Positions 53,036-54,857 of a stretch of DNA of 54,857 nucleotides are shown here, piece after piece. The notes under the pieces are model-generated. The model had not been told where the DNA came from, searched no databases, and was given only the letters and a program-made list of their open reading frames with translations. The first letter of the stretch is position 1. Each line of letters begins with the position of its first letter. This DNA comes from Chloroflexota bacterium (lineage in GTDB: Bacteria > Chloroflexota > Limnocylindria > Limnocylindrales > CSP1-4). A program made the translations under genes and the position numbers. The DNA is taken from the NCBI GenBank assembly GCA_025935415.1, contig JAICVI010000001.1, forward strand, positions 1 to 54,857. Direction: 5' to 3'.

Positions 53036-54019
53036 TCAGCTGGCAATCCAGGCCACCTCCGCGCCGGTCGCAACCGTCGCAAACAGCATCTTGCGGAGGA
53101 CGAACCCGTCGACGGGCGCTGTCAGCCGCTCGAGGGGCTGACCGAAGGGATCGAAAACCTCAGCGATGACCTCTCCGGCCCGAACGTTCTCGGCCAGGTC
53201 GGCGTGCCACGCGAGCGCGCCCCCCTCGGCCGCGTGCACGAGGCTGATGGTCCGGAACACCCGCTGCTCCGGTACGGCCTCGACCGCACCGGGTGCGATC
53301 CCGAGATAGCGCAGGACGTTGCGGACCCCGCGCACGCCGATGGGCAGGAACTCCTGCGTTACCCGCGTGGACTCCCCCATCTCCGCCGAGAGCGAGGCCT
53401 TGCCGGCCGGATCTGCCTGACCGCGAAGGCTCCGAGTCATGTCGCTGGTCCCGAGCTTCTGGCCGCGGCCCTTGTAGTAGAGGAATGGGGTGCCGAAGGC
53501 GCGGCCGGCACCTTCCCGAAGCGCGAGCGTGCCGGACTGGTTGTCATCGGGGTCGATGTACACGAACGGAGCGATGGTGCAGCCCTCGAGCGCGGAGTGC
53601 AGGTCGAGGGTCAGGTCGGCGTGCGAGACGAACTCGCCGAAGAGGATGGCCGCGATGCGCTCGGTCAGCAGTCCGCCCGGCGAACCCGGAAAGACGCGGT
53701 TTGCATCGATGGGTCCGCGTTCCTCGTTCGCCCAGCCGCGGCTCCGGGAGCGATGCGCCGGCGGGTTGGCGAGGGGGACACACACGACGGTCCCGCTGAG
53801 GGTGCTGGGGTCGAGCGCCTGGAGCGCACGACGGCAGATCTCGATGCCGGTCGTCTCGTCGCCGTGGAGGCCCGCCTGGAGGTAGAGCGTCGGGCCGGAC
53901 GTCCGGCCTCGGAAGATCGCGACGGGGAGCTCGACGGCTGCGCCGTCCGCATAGGACCCGACCTTGATCCGCTCGAACCGGCTCGTGCCCGGATCGGTGT
54001 CGACGCCGAGATAGGCCAA
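53036..54019 (-). CDS. Succinylglutamate desuccinylase / aspartoacylase (AstE/AspA) family zinc hydrolase
   Basis: The sequence GPTLYLQAGLHGDETTGIEI carries the HxxE zinc motif. The family-typical C-terminal region is also present. The stop is 1 nt from the LLM start. Confidence 0.78.
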   Translation of the reverse strand: MAYLGVDTDPGTSRFERIKVGSYADGAAVELPVAIFRGRTSGPTLYLQAGLHGDETTGIEICRRALQALDPSTLSGTVVCVPLANPPAHRSRSRGWANEERGPIDANRVFPGSPGGLLTERIAAILFGEFVSHADLTLDLHSALEGCTIAPFVYIDPDDNQSGTLALREGAGRAFGTPFLYYKGRGQKLGTSDMTRSLRGQADPAGKASLSAEMGESTRVTQEFLPIGVRGVRNVLRYLGIAPGAVEAVPEQRVFRTISLVHAAEGGALAWHADLAENVRAGEVIAEVFDPFGQPLERLTAPVDGFVLRKMLFATVATGAEVAWIAS

Positions 54020-54026
54020 CCGCCGG

Positions 54027-54800
54027 CTACCCTGCCGCGCCGGTCGCGGTGGGCTCCGCGCTGGGCTCGGACCCGTTCCGACCGGCCACGGGGAATGCCT
54101 TGTCGAGCTGCTCCAGCAGCTCGTCCAGCCCGATGACGTCGGCGAACTTGCTGTTCATGTCGAACAGGTTCGCGCGGTGGCTGGTCTGGAACCGATCGAA
54201 GACGCACTCGTAGGGGATCGTGATGCTGAAGTTGTAGCTGAAGGCGTCGTACACGGAGGCGCGGACGCAGCCGCTCGTCGTCGTACCGGCGACGAGGAGA
54301 TGGTCGACGCCGTACATCTGGAGGTGGCTGAGCAGCGGCGTCCCGAAGAACACGCTCGGCTTCGTCTTCTCGATGATGATCTCACCCGGCCGCGGAGCGA
54401 TCTCGGGCGGGTACTCGTGACCCTCCTCCGCATGTGCCTCGCGGCCGACGCGGCTGTTCTTCCTGCGTCGCGTGCCGCGGAGCTCCGGCGGCAGCAGCGA
54501 TGCCCGCGTGTAGATCACGGGAAACCCACGCTCTCGCCCCGCGGCGAGCAGGCGCTGGATGTGTGGGATCGCGGCCCAGGCGTAGGGGCCGCAGGACTGC
54601 CGAAACCGGGCGACCGATTCGAGGTGGTCTTCGCCCGGATAGCCGGTGAACGCCCGAACCGGGTCGATGATCAGCACCGCCGGTCGGGATCCGAGGCCGG
54701 CCCTGGCGCCGTAGCCGCCGGCCTTCCAGGCCGCAAGCTCGTCGGCACCGTAGAGGCCATCCCAGGGGCGTGCCGATGGATTGGAAGCGTTGTCGTTCAT
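54027..54800 (-). CDS. Isochorismatase-family cysteine hydrolase (N-carbamoylsarcosine amidase-like)
   Basis: The catalytic Asp lies in PAVLIIDPVRAF and the catalytic Cys in LLVAGTTTSGCVRASVYDA. Confidence 0.8.
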   Translation of the reverse strand: MNDNASNPSARPWDGLYGADELAAWKAGGYGARAGLGSRPAVLIIDPVRAFTGYPGEDHLESVARFRQSCGPYAWAAIPHIQRLLAAGRERGFPVIYTRASLLPPELRGTRRRKNSRVGREAHAEEGHEYPPEIAPRPGEIIIEKTKPSVFFGTPLLSHLQMYGVDHLLVAGTTTSGCVRASVYDAFSYNFSITIPYECVFDRFQTSHRANLFDMNSKFADVIGLDELLEQLDKAFPVAGRNGSEPSAEPTATGAAG

Positions 54801-54840
54801 TGCCCCTCGACGCCTGGCGGCGAATTGGTGCTCCGGTGGC

Positions 54841-54852
54841 GGGGGGGGGGGG
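54841..54852 (+). repeat. G12 homopolymer (C12 on the gene strand) 41-52 nt upstream of the isochorismatase-family gene, 5 nt from the window end
   Basis: This is read directly: ...GGTGGC GGGGGGGGGGGG CCGGC. Confidence 0.8.
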
Positions 54853-54857
54853 CCGGC

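Overview
This is a very GC-rich window (roughly 70% by eye, not computed) of densely packed bacterial chromosome. Gene content looks Actinomycetota-like or similar high-GC Gram-positive. I support 57 protein genes and one tRNA. The backbone is housekeeping. It includes a pyrimidine operon (pyrR-pyrB-pyrC ... pyrK-pyrD) that is split by about 6.8 kb of unrelated genes, where carA/carB normally sit. Those inserted genes are a PLP decarboxylase, an FAD amine-oxidase-like enzyme, an MGT-type glycosyltransferase and four unknowns. Other backbone genes are an ECF sigma/anti-sigma pair, an RlpA-like protein, a GalT-like enzyme, lipB, a homocysteine methyltransferase, a Ca2+/H+ antiporter, an MFS transporter, a five-gene Dpp/Opp-type ABC importer, a class A PBP, a glycogen-debranching-type glucosidase, a bacterial TopIB, a GT4 glycosyltransferase, an orphan KdpE-like response regulator, and an LLM oxidoreductase / AstE-AspA-family / isochorismatase-family trio. 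The accessory-looking part starts at tRNA-Gly(CCC) at 27.7 kb. It holds VapBC, a SIMPL protein, a secreted HExxH protease, two tiny ORFs and a 1198-aa PD-(D/E)xK + DnaQ-like + SF1-helicase fusion. A cluster of small stress or membrane proteins lies at 35-37.6 kb and 43.3-47 kb. The least explained signals are non-coding. There are three sets of direct repeats phased at 10-11 bp in the longest gene-free stretches: GTGATT x4, CTTGCAG tandems x3, and TGYAATG arrays sharing a near-identical 14-mer in two loci. There is also a C-rich multi-hairpin region, a 13-nt G-rich tandem repeat, a T-rich tract and a G12 run at the window edge. I saw no CRISPR array, transposase or integrase. Most very long ORFs in the six-frame track are GC-driven mirror-frame artefacts. 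No finding here amounts to a demonstrated novel system, and all functional links are hypotheses.
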